In this document: positions 39,572 to 51,758 of the stretch, in pieces | How the letters are laid out: each line of letters begins with the position of its first letter | How positions within the stretch are numbered: position 1 is the first letter of the stretch | Source: an uncultured Pelagibacteraceae bacterium | GTDB taxonomy: Bacteria > Pseudomonadota > Alphaproteobacteria > Pelagibacterales > Pelagibacteraceae | Assembly (NCBI GenBank): GCA_902548405.1 | Contig: CACCRN010000002.1 | Location: 82,874 to 146,873 of the forward strand | DNA length: 64,000 bases | Reading direction: 5' to 3' | Notes under the pieces: model-generated | Told to the model about the DNA's origin: nothing | The model's database searches: none | Seen by the model: the letters and a program-made list of their open reading frames with translations, nothing else | Translations under genes and position numbers: made by a program

Positions 39572-41527
39572 CTAATTGAAGTTAATTGGATCAACATCAA
39601 CTGAAAGTTTTATTCCTTTTGGAAATTTGTATTTTGGAACTGATTTTGCAATAGCATTTTGTAGTTTCATAGATTTTGAGCCTCTAATTAAAAATCTGAC
39701 TCTAAAATTTCTTTTTAGTCTAAATATAGGAGCTTCAACTGGACCTAATATATTCCCCTCGATATTGTTTTCTAAATAATTTTTAAAGTCATAAGCCTCT
39801 TTTTCTAATTTTTTTTGATTTTCACCAGTCATAATCAGAGAAATAAATCTTTGATAAGGTGGAAGTTTATTTTTTTTTCTAATTTCCAGTTCTCTTTTTA
39901 AAAATATATCAGGATTTTTATTTGTAATTTCTAAAATCATATTTTTATTATTGTTATAGGTTTGAAAATATACTGTTGCAGGTTTTCCTGTTCTTCCAGC
40001 TCTTCCTGATAACTGATGATATAACTGCAAATTTTTTTCAGCTCCTCTTAAATCATTTCCGTTAGCTGATAAATCAATATCAACAACAACAATGCAATTT
40101 AAACTTGGAAAGTGAAATCCTTTAGAAATTAATTGTGTACCAACTAATATCTCGGTTTGATTATTTATAATTCTTTCTAATTTGCTTGATGAGTCTTTTT
40201 TATTCATTGTATCACTTGAAAAAATTTCAACTTCCTTATTAGGAAATTTTTTTTTAACTTCCTCAGATATCCTCTCTACACCAGGTCCACTAAAGACAAA
40301 ATTACATTCACCCTCTTTTGAGCAATCTCTTTTTAAATCAGTTTTAAAACCACAATAGTGACATAATAAATTATTTTTATTTTTATGATAAACAAGGTTG
40401 ATAGTACAATTTGGACAAGTATAGCTAGTTAAACAATTTTTGCACAACGCATGAGGTGAAAAACCTCTTCTATTTAAAAAAAATAAAACCTGATCTTTTC
40501 TCTCAAGGTGAAAATTTACTTTTTCAATTATTTTATCTGATAACCAAGATTGTTTTTCAAGTTTAGTTTTATTAAGATCTATAATTTCATAATTTGGTAA
40601 TGAAGCATTTTTATACCTCTCTGTAAGTCTTGATAAAGAATATTTTCCTTTTTGAATATTTTCAAAAGTTTCAATTGATGGAACAGCTGTTACTAAATTA
40701 ACTGGTATATTTTCAAATGAAGCTCTAGAAATTGCCATATCTCGTGCATTATAAGTTACACCTTCATCTTGTTTAAATGATTGATCATGCTCTTCATCTA
40801 CAATTATCATACCTAGATTTTTAAAAGGTAAAAATAATGATGATCTTGCTCCTATAATTACTTTAACTTCTCCATTTGATATTCCACTCCAAATTAATTC
40901 TTTCTTTTTTTTTGAAACTCCTGAGTGCCACACAGCCGCATTAAAACCAAAATATTCGTTAAATTTTTTTTCAAATTGACCTGTTAAACCTATTTCAGGT
41001 AACAAAATTAACCCCTGATATCCTTGTTTTATAAGGTTTTTTAAAGCTTCAAAATACACAAGAGTTTTACCTGATCCTGTTGTTCCTTGTAACACATGTA
41101 CTCTAAAATTTTGGTTAGTGCTTACCATTTCCTCATATGCTTTGATTTGATCTTTGGTTAATTTTATAGATGTATTTTTAATCTCACTTTTAAAATTATT
41201 ATAAGAACTTAGCTCCTTATTTTCTATTGCATGACTACTTAATAAAATAAGCTTTAGAGCCATTCCTTTTGGAATAATATTGTACTCTGAAAACCAGTTT
41301 AAAAATTTAATAGTATTTTTTTTTAGAGGAGTCACATCTAACTTCCTCAAAACTTTTTTTATTTTAAACGTTTTGTTGCTATTTTTTTCAAATTCATCCC
41401 AAACTACACCTGTAATTTTTGATTTACCAAAAGGAACTTCCACATAGTCTCCTAATTTAAGATCAATACTACTTTCATAAGTAAATGGATGATCAAAAAT
41501 ATTAGGTAAAAGAATCGGAAATTTCAT
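39572..41527 (-). CDS. priA: Primosomal protein N' helicase
   Basis: G.TGSGKT.VY, VDEEHD.SFKQ, LNRRGF, Cys-rich region, G.GVER..EE, GTQ...KG.HFP, Q..GRAGR. Confidence 0.97.
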   Translation of the reverse strand: MKFPILLPNIFDHPFTYESSIDLKLGDYVEVPFGKSKITGVVWDEFEKNSNKTFKIKKVLRKLDVTPLKKNTIKFLNWFSEYNIIPKGMALKLILLSSHAIENKELSSYNNFKSEIKNTSIKLTKDQIKAYEEMVSTNQNFRVHVLQGTTGSGKTLVYFEALKNLIKQGYQGLILLPEIGLTGQFEKKFNEYFGFNAAVWHSGVSKKKKELIWSGISNGEVKVIIGARSSLFLPFKNLGMIIVDEEHDQSFKQDEGVTYNARDMAISRASFENIPVNLVTAVPSIETFENIQKGKYSLSRLTERYKNASLPNYEIIDLNKTKLEKQSWLSDKIIEKVNFHLERKDQVLFFLNRRGFSPHALCKNCLTSYTCPNCTINLVYHKNKNNLLCHYCGFKTDLKRDCSKEGECNFVFSGPGVERISEEVKKKFPNKEVEIFSSDTMNKKDSSSKLERIINNQTEILVGTQLISKGFHFPSLNCIVVVDIDLSANGNDLRGAEKNLQLYHQLSGRAGRTGKPATVYFQTYNNNKNMILEITNKNPDIFLKRELEIRKKNKLPPYQRFISLIMTGENQKKLEKEAYDFKNYLENNIEGNILGPVEAPIFRLKRNFRVRFLIRGSKSMKLQNAIAKSVPKYKFPKGIKLSVDVDPINFN

Positions 41528-41549
41528 ATTTTTATAATATGAAAAAAAA

Positions 41550-42950
41550 TTAAGAGTGTATCGCTCTTTTATCTACTGATAATGCAGCTTCTTTAACTGC
41601 TTCTGAAAATGTTGGGTGTGCATGACATGTTCTTGCTATATCTTCTGAACTTGCACCAAATTCCATAGCTACACCTATTTCAGCGATTAACTCTCCTGCA
41701 TGAGGGCCTATAATATGAGCTCCTAATACTTTGTCTGTTCGCTCATCTGCTAATATTTTTACAAATCCCTCAGCATCATCAATTGCTTTAGCTCTAGAAT
41801 TTGCCATAAATGAAAATTTACCAACTTTATACTTTTGATTAAGTTCTTTTAATTGTTCTTCTGTTTTTCCTATAGATGCAACTTCTGGAGTAGTATACAC
41901 AACACCAGGTATTGTATCATAATTAACATGTCCAGATTGTCCCGCAATATTTTCAGCAACTGCAATTCCTTCATCTTCAGCTTTATGAGCAAGCATTGGT
42001 CCTACTATTACATCGCCAATAGCAAAAATATTTTCGACATTTGTTTTAAAAGTTTTGTCAGTTTTTATTCTTTTTCTTTCATCTAAATCAATTCCTACTG
42101 CATCTAAATTTAGTCCATCCGTATTTGGCTTTCTTCCAACAGAAATTAATACCACATCACATTCAAAATTATTTTTATTGCCATCTTTATCTACTGTTGA
42201 AACAACTGCTCCGTTGTTATTTTTCTGAATTGTTTCAACTTTGTTTTGCATATTAAATTTAATGCCTTGTTTTTTTAAAATTTTCATAAACTCAGACGAA
42301 ATTTCTTTATCCATTCCAGGTGTAATATGATCTAAGAATTCTACGACCTGAACTTCCGAACCTAATCTTGACCAAACTGAACCCATCTCTAAACCAATGT
42401 AGCCACCTCCAACCACGACCATTTTATTTGGTACTTTTTCTAATTTTAAGGCCCCTGTAGAGGAAACAATTACTTTTTCATCAATATTAATTCCAGGTAA
42501 TGAAACTGGTAAAGATCCTGTTGCTATTACTGTTTTTTCTGACTCAATAATTGTCTCATTATTCTTATCATCTTTAATTAAGATTTGATTTTTTGATTTA
42601 AAGCTTCCGTGACCCTTAAAATAAGTAACTTTGTTTTTTTTTAAAAGAAATTCAACACCTTTGGTCAATATTGTTACAGCTTTATCTTTACTTTTCATCA
42701 TCTTTTCAAGATTAAGTTTTACCTCACCTATCTCGATACCCTTATTGGATAAATTTTTTACTTTATGAAATTCTTCAGAGAGATTTAATAAACTTTTTGA
42801 TGGTATACAGCCAACATTTAAGCAAGTTCCTCCTAGTGAACCTCTAGACTCTATACACGCTGTTTTTAAACCTAATTGTGCAAGCCTAATTGCACAAACA
42901 TAACCACCAGGCCCTCCTCCAATAACTACTGCTTGAAATTTTTCTGACAT
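41550..42950 (-). CDS. lpdA: Dihydrolipoamide dehydrogenase
   Basis: GGGPGGYV.AIR.AQLG, GGTCLNVGCIPSK, HAHPT.SE. Confidence 0.98.
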   Translation of the reverse strand: MSEKFQAVVIGGGPGGYVCAIRLAQLGLKTACIESRGSLGGTCLNVGCIPSKSLLNLSEEFHKVKNLSNKGIEIGEVKLNLEKMMKSKDKAVTILTKGVEFLLKKNKVTYFKGHGSFKSKNQILIKDDKNNETIIESEKTVIATGSLPVSLPGINIDEKVIVSSTGALKLEKVPNKMVVVGGGYIGLEMGSVWSRLGSEVQVVEFLDHITPGMDKEISSEFMKILKKQGIKFNMQNKVETIQKNNNGAVVSTVDKDGNKNNFECDVVLISVGRKPNTDGLNLDAVGIDLDERKRIKTDKTFKTNVENIFAIGDVIVGPMLAHKAEDEGIAVAENIAGQSGHVNYDTIPGVVYTTPEVASIGKTEEQLKELNQKYKVGKFSFMANSRAKAIDDAEGFVKILADERTDKVLGAHIIGPHAGELIAEIGVAMEFGASSEDIARTCHAHPTFSEAVKEAALSVDKRAIHS

Positions 42951-44252
42951 TTAAATATCCAAAAATAATCTTCTAGGATCTTCTAGATTTTCTTTAATCA
43001 TTTTTAAGAAAGAAACAGATTCTTTGCCATCAATAATTCTGTGATCATAAGAAAGAGCTAAATACATGATAGGTCTTATTTTTATTTCACCTTCTACTAC
43101 CACAGGGCGCTCTACAATGTTATGCATACCTAGAACACCTGATTGAGGTAAGTTTAGAATTGGAGTTGATAACATTGATCCATATACTCCACCATTACTG
43201 ATAGTAAATGTTCCTCCTTGTAGATCTTCAATTGTTAATTTTCCATCTCTAGCTTTTTCAGAAATATCTTTGATATTTTTTTCAATATCTGCAAATGAAA
43301 GCTCATCTGCATTTCTTAAAACTGGAACAACTAAACCTTTATCCGTACCTACAGCAAAACTAATATTATAATAGTTTTTATATATAATTTCATCGCCATC
43401 AATTTCAGCATTAACAGCAGGGAAATGTTTCAAGGCCACCACACATGCTTTAACAAAGAATGACATGAAGCCTAATTTAATTCCATATCTACTTTGAAAG
43501 TCTTGTTGATTTTCTTTTCTCATTTCCATGATATTTGTCATGTCAACTTCATTAAAAGTTGTAAGTAATGCAGCGTTTTCTTGAGCTTGTTTTAATCTCT
43601 TAGCAATTGTCTGTCTTAATCTGGTCATTTTAATTCGTTCTTCTTGACCATATTGAATTTTTCTCTCTGATGGTTTTGGATTTGCTCCCATTAAACCAAT
43701 TAAATCTCCTTTTAAAACCTGACCATTTTTTCCTGAACCTTGAACAGAACCAATATCAATATTATTTTCAGTAACAATTTTTCTGACCGCAGGAGACAAA
43801 GTATCATTTCTATTCTCTCTTACTGGTTCTGGGTTTGGTGCTACTTCCTCTGTCAAAACTAAGGGTTTAGATTTTTGAATTTCTGTTTTTTTATCTTCAA
43901 AAATTTCTGGTTCTTTTTTATTTGTATCTAATTTTATTACATTATTTTCAGGAGGAGTTTCTTCGACTTTTTTAGGTTTCTCTTTCTTTAAAGTTGGTGT
44001 CACTTTTGCTGCGCCGTTTTCTGAAACAGAACCTAATAATGCTCCAACTTCCACTGTAGAACCATCTTGTGAATTAATTTCAGTTAAAACACCAGTTATT
44101 GGTGATGGAACTTCTAAATTAACTTTATCAGTTTCAAGTTCTACAATTGGTTCGTCAGCTTCAACCGTATCTCCAGCTTTTTTTAACCATTTTGCAACTG
44201 TTGCTTCTGTAATACTTTCACCAAGTACTGGAACTACTATTTTTTCACTCAT
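42951..44252 (-). CDS. sucB: 2-oxoglutarate dehydrogenase E2
   Basis: Lipoyl domain [25 protein letters not shown]. Confidence 0.98.
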   Translation of the reverse strand: MSEKIVVPVLGESITEATVAKWLKKAGDTVEADEPIVELETDKVNLEVPSPITGVLTEINSQDGSTVEVGALLGSVSENGAAKVTPTLKKEKPKKVEETPPENNVIKLDTNKKEPEIFEDKKTEIQKSKPLVLTEEVAPNPEPVRENRNDTLSPAVRKIVTENNIDIGSVQGSGKNGQVLKGDLIGLMGANPKPSERKIQYGQEERIKMTRLRQTIAKRLKQAQENAALLTTFNEVDMTNIMEMRKENQQDFQSRYGIKLGFMSFFVKACVVALKHFPAVNAEIDGDEIIYKNYYNISFAVGTDKGLVVPVLRNADELSFADIEKNIKDISEKARDGKLTIEDLQGGTFTISNGGVYGSMLSTPILNLPQSGVLGMHNIVERPVVVEGEIKIRPIMYLALSYDHRIIDGKESVSFLKMIKENLEDPRRLFLDI

Positions 44253-44258
44253 TATAAT

Positions 44259-47177
44259 TTAACCAAACACCTTACTAATTATTTCTTGTTGCTGAGAATT
44301 ATGCCTCTTTGCATATCCAGTTGCTGGAGTTGCATCAGGGCTTCTTCCTATATAAGAAATCTTATTATATTTAGCCTTTAAAGTATCTAATGTCCATTGA
44401 ATATAATCTCTCACTGAAAACCATGCTCCCATATTCTTTGGCTCTTCTTGGCACCAAAAAAATTCAGCATTTTTGGCATATGGTTTAAGTTCGTTTACTA
44501 AAGCTTTTGCTGGGAAAGGATAAAGTTGTTCTATTCTAAACATGATTACATCATCTCTTTTTAATTTTTCTCTAGCATAAAGTAAGTCAAAGTAAACTTT
44601 GCCTGAGCACAAAATAACTTTTTTAATCTCAGAACTTTCTTTAAGTTTAATAAAACCATTTGATTTTGGGTCAATCGCATGATCCCACAAAATTCTATGA
44701 AAAGTATTTTGTTTATTAAAATCTTCTAAGTTAGAAACACAGTATTTATTTCTGAGTAATGATTTTGGAGTCATTATAATTAGTGGTTTTCTAAAATCTC
44801 TATGCATTTGACGTCTTAATGCATGATAATAATTAGCTGGAGTTGTACAATTCATCACTTGCATATTATCATTTGAACATAACTGTAAAAATCTTTCTAA
44901 TCTAGCTGATGAATGTTCAGGACCTTGACCTTCGTATCCATGAGGTAACAACATTACAAGGCCTGATGCTCTATTCCATTTTCTCTCACCTGAAGCTATA
45001 AATTGATCAATCACAACTTGAGCTCCATTTGCAAAATCTCCAAATTGTGCTTCCCAAATTGTAAGGGTATTTGGTTCAACTAAACTGTAACCATATTCAA
45101 AACCTAAAACAGCAAGTTCAGACAAAAAGCTATCTACCACTTCAAATTGTTTTTGACCTTTGACAATATTATTTAGTGGAATATATCTCGAATTATCAAT
45201 TTGATTTCTTAGTACAGAATGTCTTTGACTAAAAGTTCCTCTACCAGAGTCTTGTCCAACTAAACGGACTGGATATCCTTCAACTAACAAAGATCCAAAT
45301 GCAAGAGCTTCTGCTGAAGACCAATCAATTCCCACTCCTTTTTCAATCGAGTCTCTTCTCGCATTTAATATTTTACTAATAGTTTTATGAATATTTTTTT
45401 CTGATGGTACTGTATTTATTTTTTTTGAAATTATTTTTAATTTCTCCTCATCAAAACCTGATATTCCTCTTTTATCTTTTCCTTTCTCAGGTTTATATCT
45501 TGACCATGTACCCTCAAACCATTCTATTTTAGGATTGTAGTCTTTTGCGCTTTTATATTGATCATCTAATAAATCTTTAAATGATTTAACATTTTGGTTT
45601 AATAATTCTTGAGTAATTGATTTTTCATTAACAAGTTTATTCCCATAAATTTTATATACACTTGGGTGAGATTTAATTTTTTGATACATCAATGGCTGAG
45701 TAAACGATGGCTCATCCCCCTCATTATGACCAAACCTTCTGTAACAAATTAAATCTACAACAACGTCTCTATTAAATTTTAGTCTGAATTCTGTAGCTAT
45801 TCTAGTCGCATAAACAACTGCCTCTGGATCGTCTCCATTAACATGTAAAATTGGAGCCTCAACCATTTTAGCAACATCAGAAGGATAAGGTGATGATCTT
45901 GCAAATCGAGGACTCGTTGTAAAACCAATTTGATTATTTACAATTATATGAATAGTTCCACCCGTGTTATGTCCTGGTAGTCCTGACATAGCAAAACATT
46001 CTGCTACAACACCCTGTCCAGCAAATGCTGCATCACCATGAATTAGTATTGGTATAACTTTGTTTCTTTCCTTATCTTTATGAAAAAATTGTTTTGCTCT
46101 AGTTTGTCCTAAAACGACAGGATTTACCGCTTCAAGGTGAGATGGATTGTCTGTCAAACTAACATGAACAGAATTTCCATCAAATTGTCTATCAGAAGAT
46201 GCACCAAGATGATATTTTACATCACCAGCACTATCCTCGGAATCATCACTATATTCACCAGCAAATTCATTAAATATTCTTTTATAAGATTTTTGCAAAA
46301 CATTAGCCAAAACATTTAGTCTACCTCTATGAGACATTCCAATTTTAACCTCTTTAATTTGTTGTTGACCACCAATTTTAATTATTTGCTCAAGTGCAGG
46401 AATTAAACTTTCTCCTCCATCTAATCCAAATCTTTTTGTACCAACATACTTAGTTGCTAAAAACTTTTCAAAACCTTCTGCTTGAACTAATTTATTTAGA
46501 ATTGCTTCCTTGCCATTTTTAGTAAACTGAAGAGCTTTATCATCTTGCTCAATTCTATCTCTAAACCATTTTCTTTCGTCAGGATTAGAAATGTGCATAA
46601 ACTCATAACCTATTTTTCCACAATAGGTTTTTTTCATAAATTTTAAAATTTCTTTAATATTGGCATACTTTTTATTTATCACCCCGTTTAAGAAAATTTT
46701 TCTTTCATAGTTTTCTTTCTTAAAACCATAAAACTCTGGATGAAGTTCATCTAAATATTCAGTCTCTCTCATTCCCAAAGGATCAAGATCAGCTAACAAA
46801 TGCCCCCTTAATCTGTAGGCTCTGATTAAGGCAACAGCACTTATTGAATCTTTGTTAGAATCTGCAAGTAATTGAAAATTAAATTTTTCTGAAGTATCTA
46901 TTTTTTCATTATTTAAATTAGTAATTTCATTTTCATCTATTTTCTTTTGAAGCTCATCAATATTTATTTTTGTTTTTTCTGGTCCCCATGATGGTCCATT
47001 TATTTCATTTGCAATAACTTTTATTTCATCACCAATTCCTTCAAAGTAATTTAACCAACTTTCAGGGAGATCTTTATCTTTGTTAATAAATTTTAAGTAC
47101 ATTTGTTCAATAAATGCACTATTTGATTTATGTAAAAATGAATTTTTTTCGAAATCGAGATTTTTTGATGATGACAT
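44259..47177 (-). CDS. sucA: 2-oxoglutarate dehydrogenase E1
   Basis: HRGRLNVL, GDVKYHLG, HGDAAFAGQG, GHNE.DEP, HGYEGQGPEHSSAR. Confidence 0.99.
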   Translation of the reverse strand: MSSSKNLDFEKNSFLHKSNSAFIEQMYLKFINKDKDLPESWLNYFEGIGDEIKVIANEINGPSWGPEKTKINIDELQKKIDENEITNLNNEKIDTSEKFNFQLLADSNKDSISAVALIRAYRLRGHLLADLDPLGMRETEYLDELHPEFYGFKKENYERKIFLNGVINKKYANIKEILKFMKKTYCGKIGYEFMHISNPDERKWFRDRIEQDDKALQFTKNGKEAILNKLVQAEGFEKFLATKYVGTKRFGLDGGESLIPALEQIIKIGGQQQIKEVKIGMSHRGRLNVLANVLQKSYKRIFNEFAGEYSDDSEDSAGDVKYHLGASSDRQFDGNSVHVSLTDNPSHLEAVNPVVLGQTRAKQFFHKDKERNKVIPILIHGDAAFAGQGVVAECFAMSGLPGHNTGGTIHIIVNNQIGFTTSPRFARSSPYPSDVAKMVEAPILHVNGDDPEAVVYATRIATEFRLKFNRDVVVDLICYRRFGHNEGDEPSFTQPLMYQKIKSHPSVYKIYGNKLVNEKSITQELLNQNVKSFKDLLDDQYKSAKDYNPKIEWFEGTWSRYKPEKGKDKRGISGFDEEKLKIISKKINTVPSEKNIHKTISKILNARRDSIEKGVGIDWSSAEALAFGSLLVEGYPVRLVGQDSGRGTFSQRHSVLRNQIDNSRYIPLNNIVKGQKQFEVVDSFLSELAVLGFEYGYSLVEPNTLTIWEAQFGDFANGAQVVIDQFIASGERKWNRASGLVMLLPHGYEGQGPEHSSARLERFLQLCSNDNMQVMNCTTPANYYHALRRQMHRDFRKPLIIMTPKSLLRNKYCVSNLEDFNKQNTFHRILWDHAIDPKSNGFIKLKESSEIKKVILCSGKVYFDLLYAREKLKRDDVIMFRIEQLYPFPAKALVNELKPYAKNAEFFWCQEEPKNMGAWFSVRDYIQWTLDTLKAKYNKISYIGRSPDATPATGYAKRHNSQQQEIISKVFG

Positions 47178-47213
47178 CTTTTTAATTTAATATATCCCTC
47201 TAAAAAATATTTT

Positions 47214-48089
47214 TCAATTAGACAGTTTATCAAATAAAGTTTTACCAATTATTGATGGTGATTTTGCGACTGTAATTCCACATTCTTCCATTTTTTTTAT
47301 TTTATCTTCTGCACCACCTTTGCCTCCAGAAATAATTGCACCTGCGTGCCCCATTCTTCTACCTGGTGGCGCAGTAATTCCAGCTATAAATCCAACTGTT
47401 GGTTTTTTAATTTTATGGTTTTTCAAAAATTCTGCCGCTTCTTCCTCTGCAGAGCCCCCTATCTCGCCAATCATTAAAATTGATTGTGTCTCTTCATCAT
47501 TTAAAAATAGATCTAAACAATCTATGAAATTTGTACCATTTATTGGATCTCCTCCAATTCCAATGCATGTTGATTGCCCTAATCCATTTTCAGTTGTTTG
47601 AGCAACTGCTTCGTAGGTTAAAGTTCCAGATCTAGATACAATTCCAACTGAACCTCTTTTATGAATATTACCAGGCATAATTCCAATTTTACATTCATCA
47701 GGAGTTATAATTCCTGGACAATTTGGACCTATAAGTCGGCTATTAGACCCATCTAATTTTTTTCTTACCTTAAGCATATCTTGAATTGGGATACCTTCAG
47801 TAATGCAAACAATTAATTCAACAGATGCATCGATAGCTTCTATAATTGCTGCGGCAGCAAATTTTGCAGGCACATAAATCATAGTGGCATCTGCCCCGAC
47901 TGCATCTTTAGCTTCAGCTACAGAATTAAATACAGGTCTGTCTAAATGCTTTTGACCTCCTTTTTTAGGAGTAACACCTCCTACTAAATTTGTTCCATAT
48001 TTTATTGCTTGCTCTGAATGGAAAGTTCCATGAGCACCTGTAAAACCCTGACAAATTACTTTAGTTTCTTTGTTAACTAAAACTGACAT
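47214..48089 (-). CDS. sucD: Succinyl-CoA synthetase alpha subunit
   Basis: [24 protein letters not shown]. Confidence 0.99.
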   Translation of the reverse strand: MSVLVNKETKVICQGFTGAHGTFHSEQAIKYGTNLVGGVTPKKGGQKHLDRPVFNSVAEAKDAVGADATMIYVPAKFAAAAIIEAIDASVELIVCITEGIPIQDMLKVRKKLDGSNSRLIGPNCPGIITPDECKIGIMPGNIHKRGSVGIVSRSGTLTYEAVAQTTENGLGQSTCIGIGGDPINGTNFIDCLDLFLNDEETQSILMIGEIGGSAEEEAAEFLKNHKIKKPTVGFIAGITAPPGRRMGHAGAIISGGKGGAEDKIKKMEECGITVAKSPSIIGKTLFDKLSN

Positions 48090-49250
48090 TTATTTAATAG
48101 CCTCAACAATTTTCTTAGCAGCATCATCTAAGTTCCCTGCTGAAATTAATTTTAAACCTGAATTATCTAAAATTTCTTTTCCCTCTTTAAAATTTGTCCC
48201 TGCAAGTCGAACTACCAAAGGTACACTAATATTAATTTCTTTTGCGGCGTCTACTACTCCTTGTGCAAGCACATCACATCTCATTATTCCCCCAAAAATA
48301 TTTATCAAAATTCCCTTCACATTTTTATCTGAAAGAATAATTTTAAATGCTGCAGAAACTTTTTCTTTTGAGGCTCCACCTCCTACATCTAAGAAATTAG
48401 CTGGCTCTTTACCATATAATTTGATTATATCCATAGTTGCCATTGCTAGACCTGCACCATTAACCATACATCCAATACTTCCATCTAACTTAATATAAGC
48501 TAAATCATGTTTGCTAGCTTCAATCTCAGTTGGATCTTCTTCATTTAGATCTCTTAATTCTAGAATTTCAGGGTGTCTAAATAATGCATTAGAGTCGAAA
48601 TTAACTTTCGCATCTAAACAAACAATCTTTCCCTCTTTTGTTAAAATTAAAGGATTTACCTCAACCATATTAGCATCTGTACTAATAAACATTTTATAAA
48701 TCGATTTGATTAGTAAAATTGCTTGATCTTTTGCATCACTGTTTAAATCAAAAATTTTAATCACTGACTCACAATCTGCATCTGATATTTCTTCAGCTAT
48801 ATCAACTTTAGTTGTAATAATTTTTTCTGGATTTGAGCTTGCTACTTCTTCAATATCCATTCCACCTTGGTCACTTGAAATAAATGCAATCTTTGAGCTC
48901 GCTCTATCAACTAAACATGATAAATAGAATTCTTTTTCTATATTAGAGGATTCTTCAACATATAATCGCTTAACTTCTCTTCCTTCTGGTCCAGTTTGAT
49001 GAGTTACAAGTGTTTTTCCAAGCAACGCATTTGCTGAATTTTTTAATTCCTCAAGTGTATTAAGAATTTTAACTCCTCCAGCTTTACCTCTACCACCAGC
49101 ATGAATTTGGGCCTTTAAAACATACTTTTCAGTTTTTAAATTTTTTGCTTTTTCAATCAAGTCATCAACACTTGTTGAAAAAAATCCTGCTGGAACTATT
49201 GCTCCATATTTCTTTAAAATTTCTTTTGCTTGGTGCTCGTGAATGTTCAT
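48090..49250 (-). CDS. sucC: Succinyl-CoA synthetase beta subunit
   Basis: MNIHEHQAK, KAQ.HAGGRGKAGG, NGAGLAMATMD, NIFGGI.RCD. Confidence 0.99.
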   Translation of the reverse strand: MNIHEHQAKEILKKYGAIVPAGFFSTSVDDLIEKAKNLKTEKYVLKAQIHAGGRGKAGGVKILNTLEELKNSANALLGKTLVTHQTGPEGREVKRLYVEESSNIEKEFYLSCLVDRASSKIAFISSDQGGMDIEEVASSNPEKIITTKVDIAEEISDADCESVIKIFDLNSDAKDQAILLIKSIYKMFISTDANMVEVNPLILTKEGKIVCLDAKVNFDSNALFRHPEILELRDLNEEDPTEIEASKHDLAYIKLDGSIGCMVNGAGLAMATMDIIKLYGKEPANFLDVGGGASKEKVSAAFKIILSDKNVKGILINIFGGIMRCDVLAQGVVDAAKEINISVPLVVRLAGTNFKEGKEILDNSGLKLISAGNLDDAAKKIVEAIK

Positions 49251-49252
49251 TA

Positions 49253-50215
<963 letters not shown>

Positions 50216-50225
50216 TTATTTCCTC

Positions 50226-51719
50226 TTATTTCATTGTTGGCATTACAAATTCTGCGTTTGTACGCACACCTGAAGGCCATCGTGATGTTACAGTTTTAAG
50301 TTTAGTATAGAATTTTATTCCTTCCATGCCATGCATACCACTATCTCCAAATAATGATCTTTTCCAACCACCAAAACTATGAAAGGCCATAGGAACTGGA
50401 ATTGGAACATTGATACCAACCATTCCTACTTGAATTTTACTAGCAAATGTTCTGCCTGCATCACCATCTCTGGTATAAATGCTTACTCCATTTCCGTATT
50501 CATGATCATTGATTAGTTTTGCAGCCTCTTCAAAAGTTTTAACTCTAACTACAGATAGAACTGGGCCAAAAATTTCTTCTTTATAAATTCTCATGTCTTT
50601 ATTAACGTGATCAAATAAACAACCACCTATATAAAACCCGTTTTCATAACCTTGAAGTTTTAAGTTTCTTCCATCGACAACTAATTTAGCACCTTCTTCA
50701 ACTCCTAAATCAACATAACTTTTTACTTTTTCTAAATGCTCTTTTGTAACCAGAGGTCCCATCTCTGAAGTTTTATCCATACCGGGTCCTACTTTTAAAG
50801 CCTCTGCTTTTTTTGAAAGTCTTGAAACTAGTTCATCACCAATATCTCCAACAGCAACAGCAACAGATTGAGCCATACATCTCTCACCTGCAGATCCATA
50901 AGCTGCACCCATCAATCCATTTACTGCACCATCCAAGTCACAATCTGGCATAACTACTAAGTGATTTTTTGCACCTCCAAGTGCTTGTACTCTTTTTTCA
51001 TTTTTAGCTGAATTTTCGTAGATATATTTTGCAATTGGAGTGGATCCAACAAAGCTTACAGCTTTAATATCTTTATTTTCTAAAATTGCATCAACAGCTT
51101 CTTTGTCGCCATTAACAACGTTAAATACTCCCTCAGGCAATCCAGCTTCACTAAGTAACTCTGCTAATCTAAGTGGACATGAAGGATCTTTTTCTGAAGG
51201 TTTTAATATAAATGTATTTCCACAAGCAATTGCTATTGGAAACATCCACATTGGTACCATTGCTGGAAAATTAAATGGAGTAATTCCAGCTACTACCCCT
51301 AGAGGTTGTCTCATTGACCAACTATCAACATTTGTTCCAACGTTTTCTGAGTATTCACCTTTTAATAAATGAGGAATTCCACAAGCAAACTCTACTACTT
51401 CAAGCCCTCTTGTTAAAGATCCTCTAGCATCCTCAAAAACTTTTCCATGTTCTGATACTATTAGCTTTGTTAACTCATCAGAGTTTTTTTCTATTAATTC
51501 TTTAAATTTAAATATTATCCTTGCTCTTTGTAAAGGAGGTTTTGCAGACCAAGTTTCAAATGCTTTTTTGGCTGCTTCTACAGCTTGATCTAAATCAGAT
51601 TTACTTGCAAGTCTAACCTCAGATTCTTGTTCTCCTGTTGCAGGATTAAATACTTTTCCTTTTCTATCAGATGAACCTGGAATTATTTTTCCATTAACGA
51701 AGTGCTCTATTAATTTCAT
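50226..51719 (-). CDS. mmsA: CoA-acylating (methyl)malonate-semialdehyde dehydrogenase
   Basis: RGLEVVEFACG.P.LLKGE, PFNFPAMVPMW, GGAKNH, GSAGERCMA, GINVPIPVP. Confidence 0.94.
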   Translation of the reverse strand: MKLIEHFVNGKIIPGSSDRKGKVFNPATGEQESEVRLASKSDLDQAVEAAKKAFETWSAKPPLQRARIIFKFKELIEKNSDELTKLIVSEHGKVFEDARGSLTRGLEVVEFACGIPHLLKGEYSENVGTNVDSWSMRQPLGVVAGITPFNFPAMVPMWMFPIAIACGNTFILKPSEKDPSCPLRLAELLSEAGLPEGVFNVVNGDKEAVDAILENKDIKAVSFVGSTPIAKYIYENSAKNEKRVQALGGAKNHLVVMPDCDLDGAVNGLMGAAYGSAGERCMAQSVAVAVGDIGDELVSRLSKKAEALKVGPGMDKTSEMGPLVTKEHLEKVKSYVDLGVEEGAKLVVDGRNLKLQGYENGFYIGGCLFDHVNKDMRIYKEEIFGPVLSVVRVKTFEEAAKLINDHEYGNGVSIYTRDGDAGRTFASKIQVGMVGINVPIPVPMAFHSFGGWKRSLFGDSGMHGMEGIKFYTKLKTVTSRWPSGVRTNAEFVMPTMK

Positions 51720-51758
51720 GAATACGGTCTTTTAAATCAAAAAAACTTAATAGTCTAT

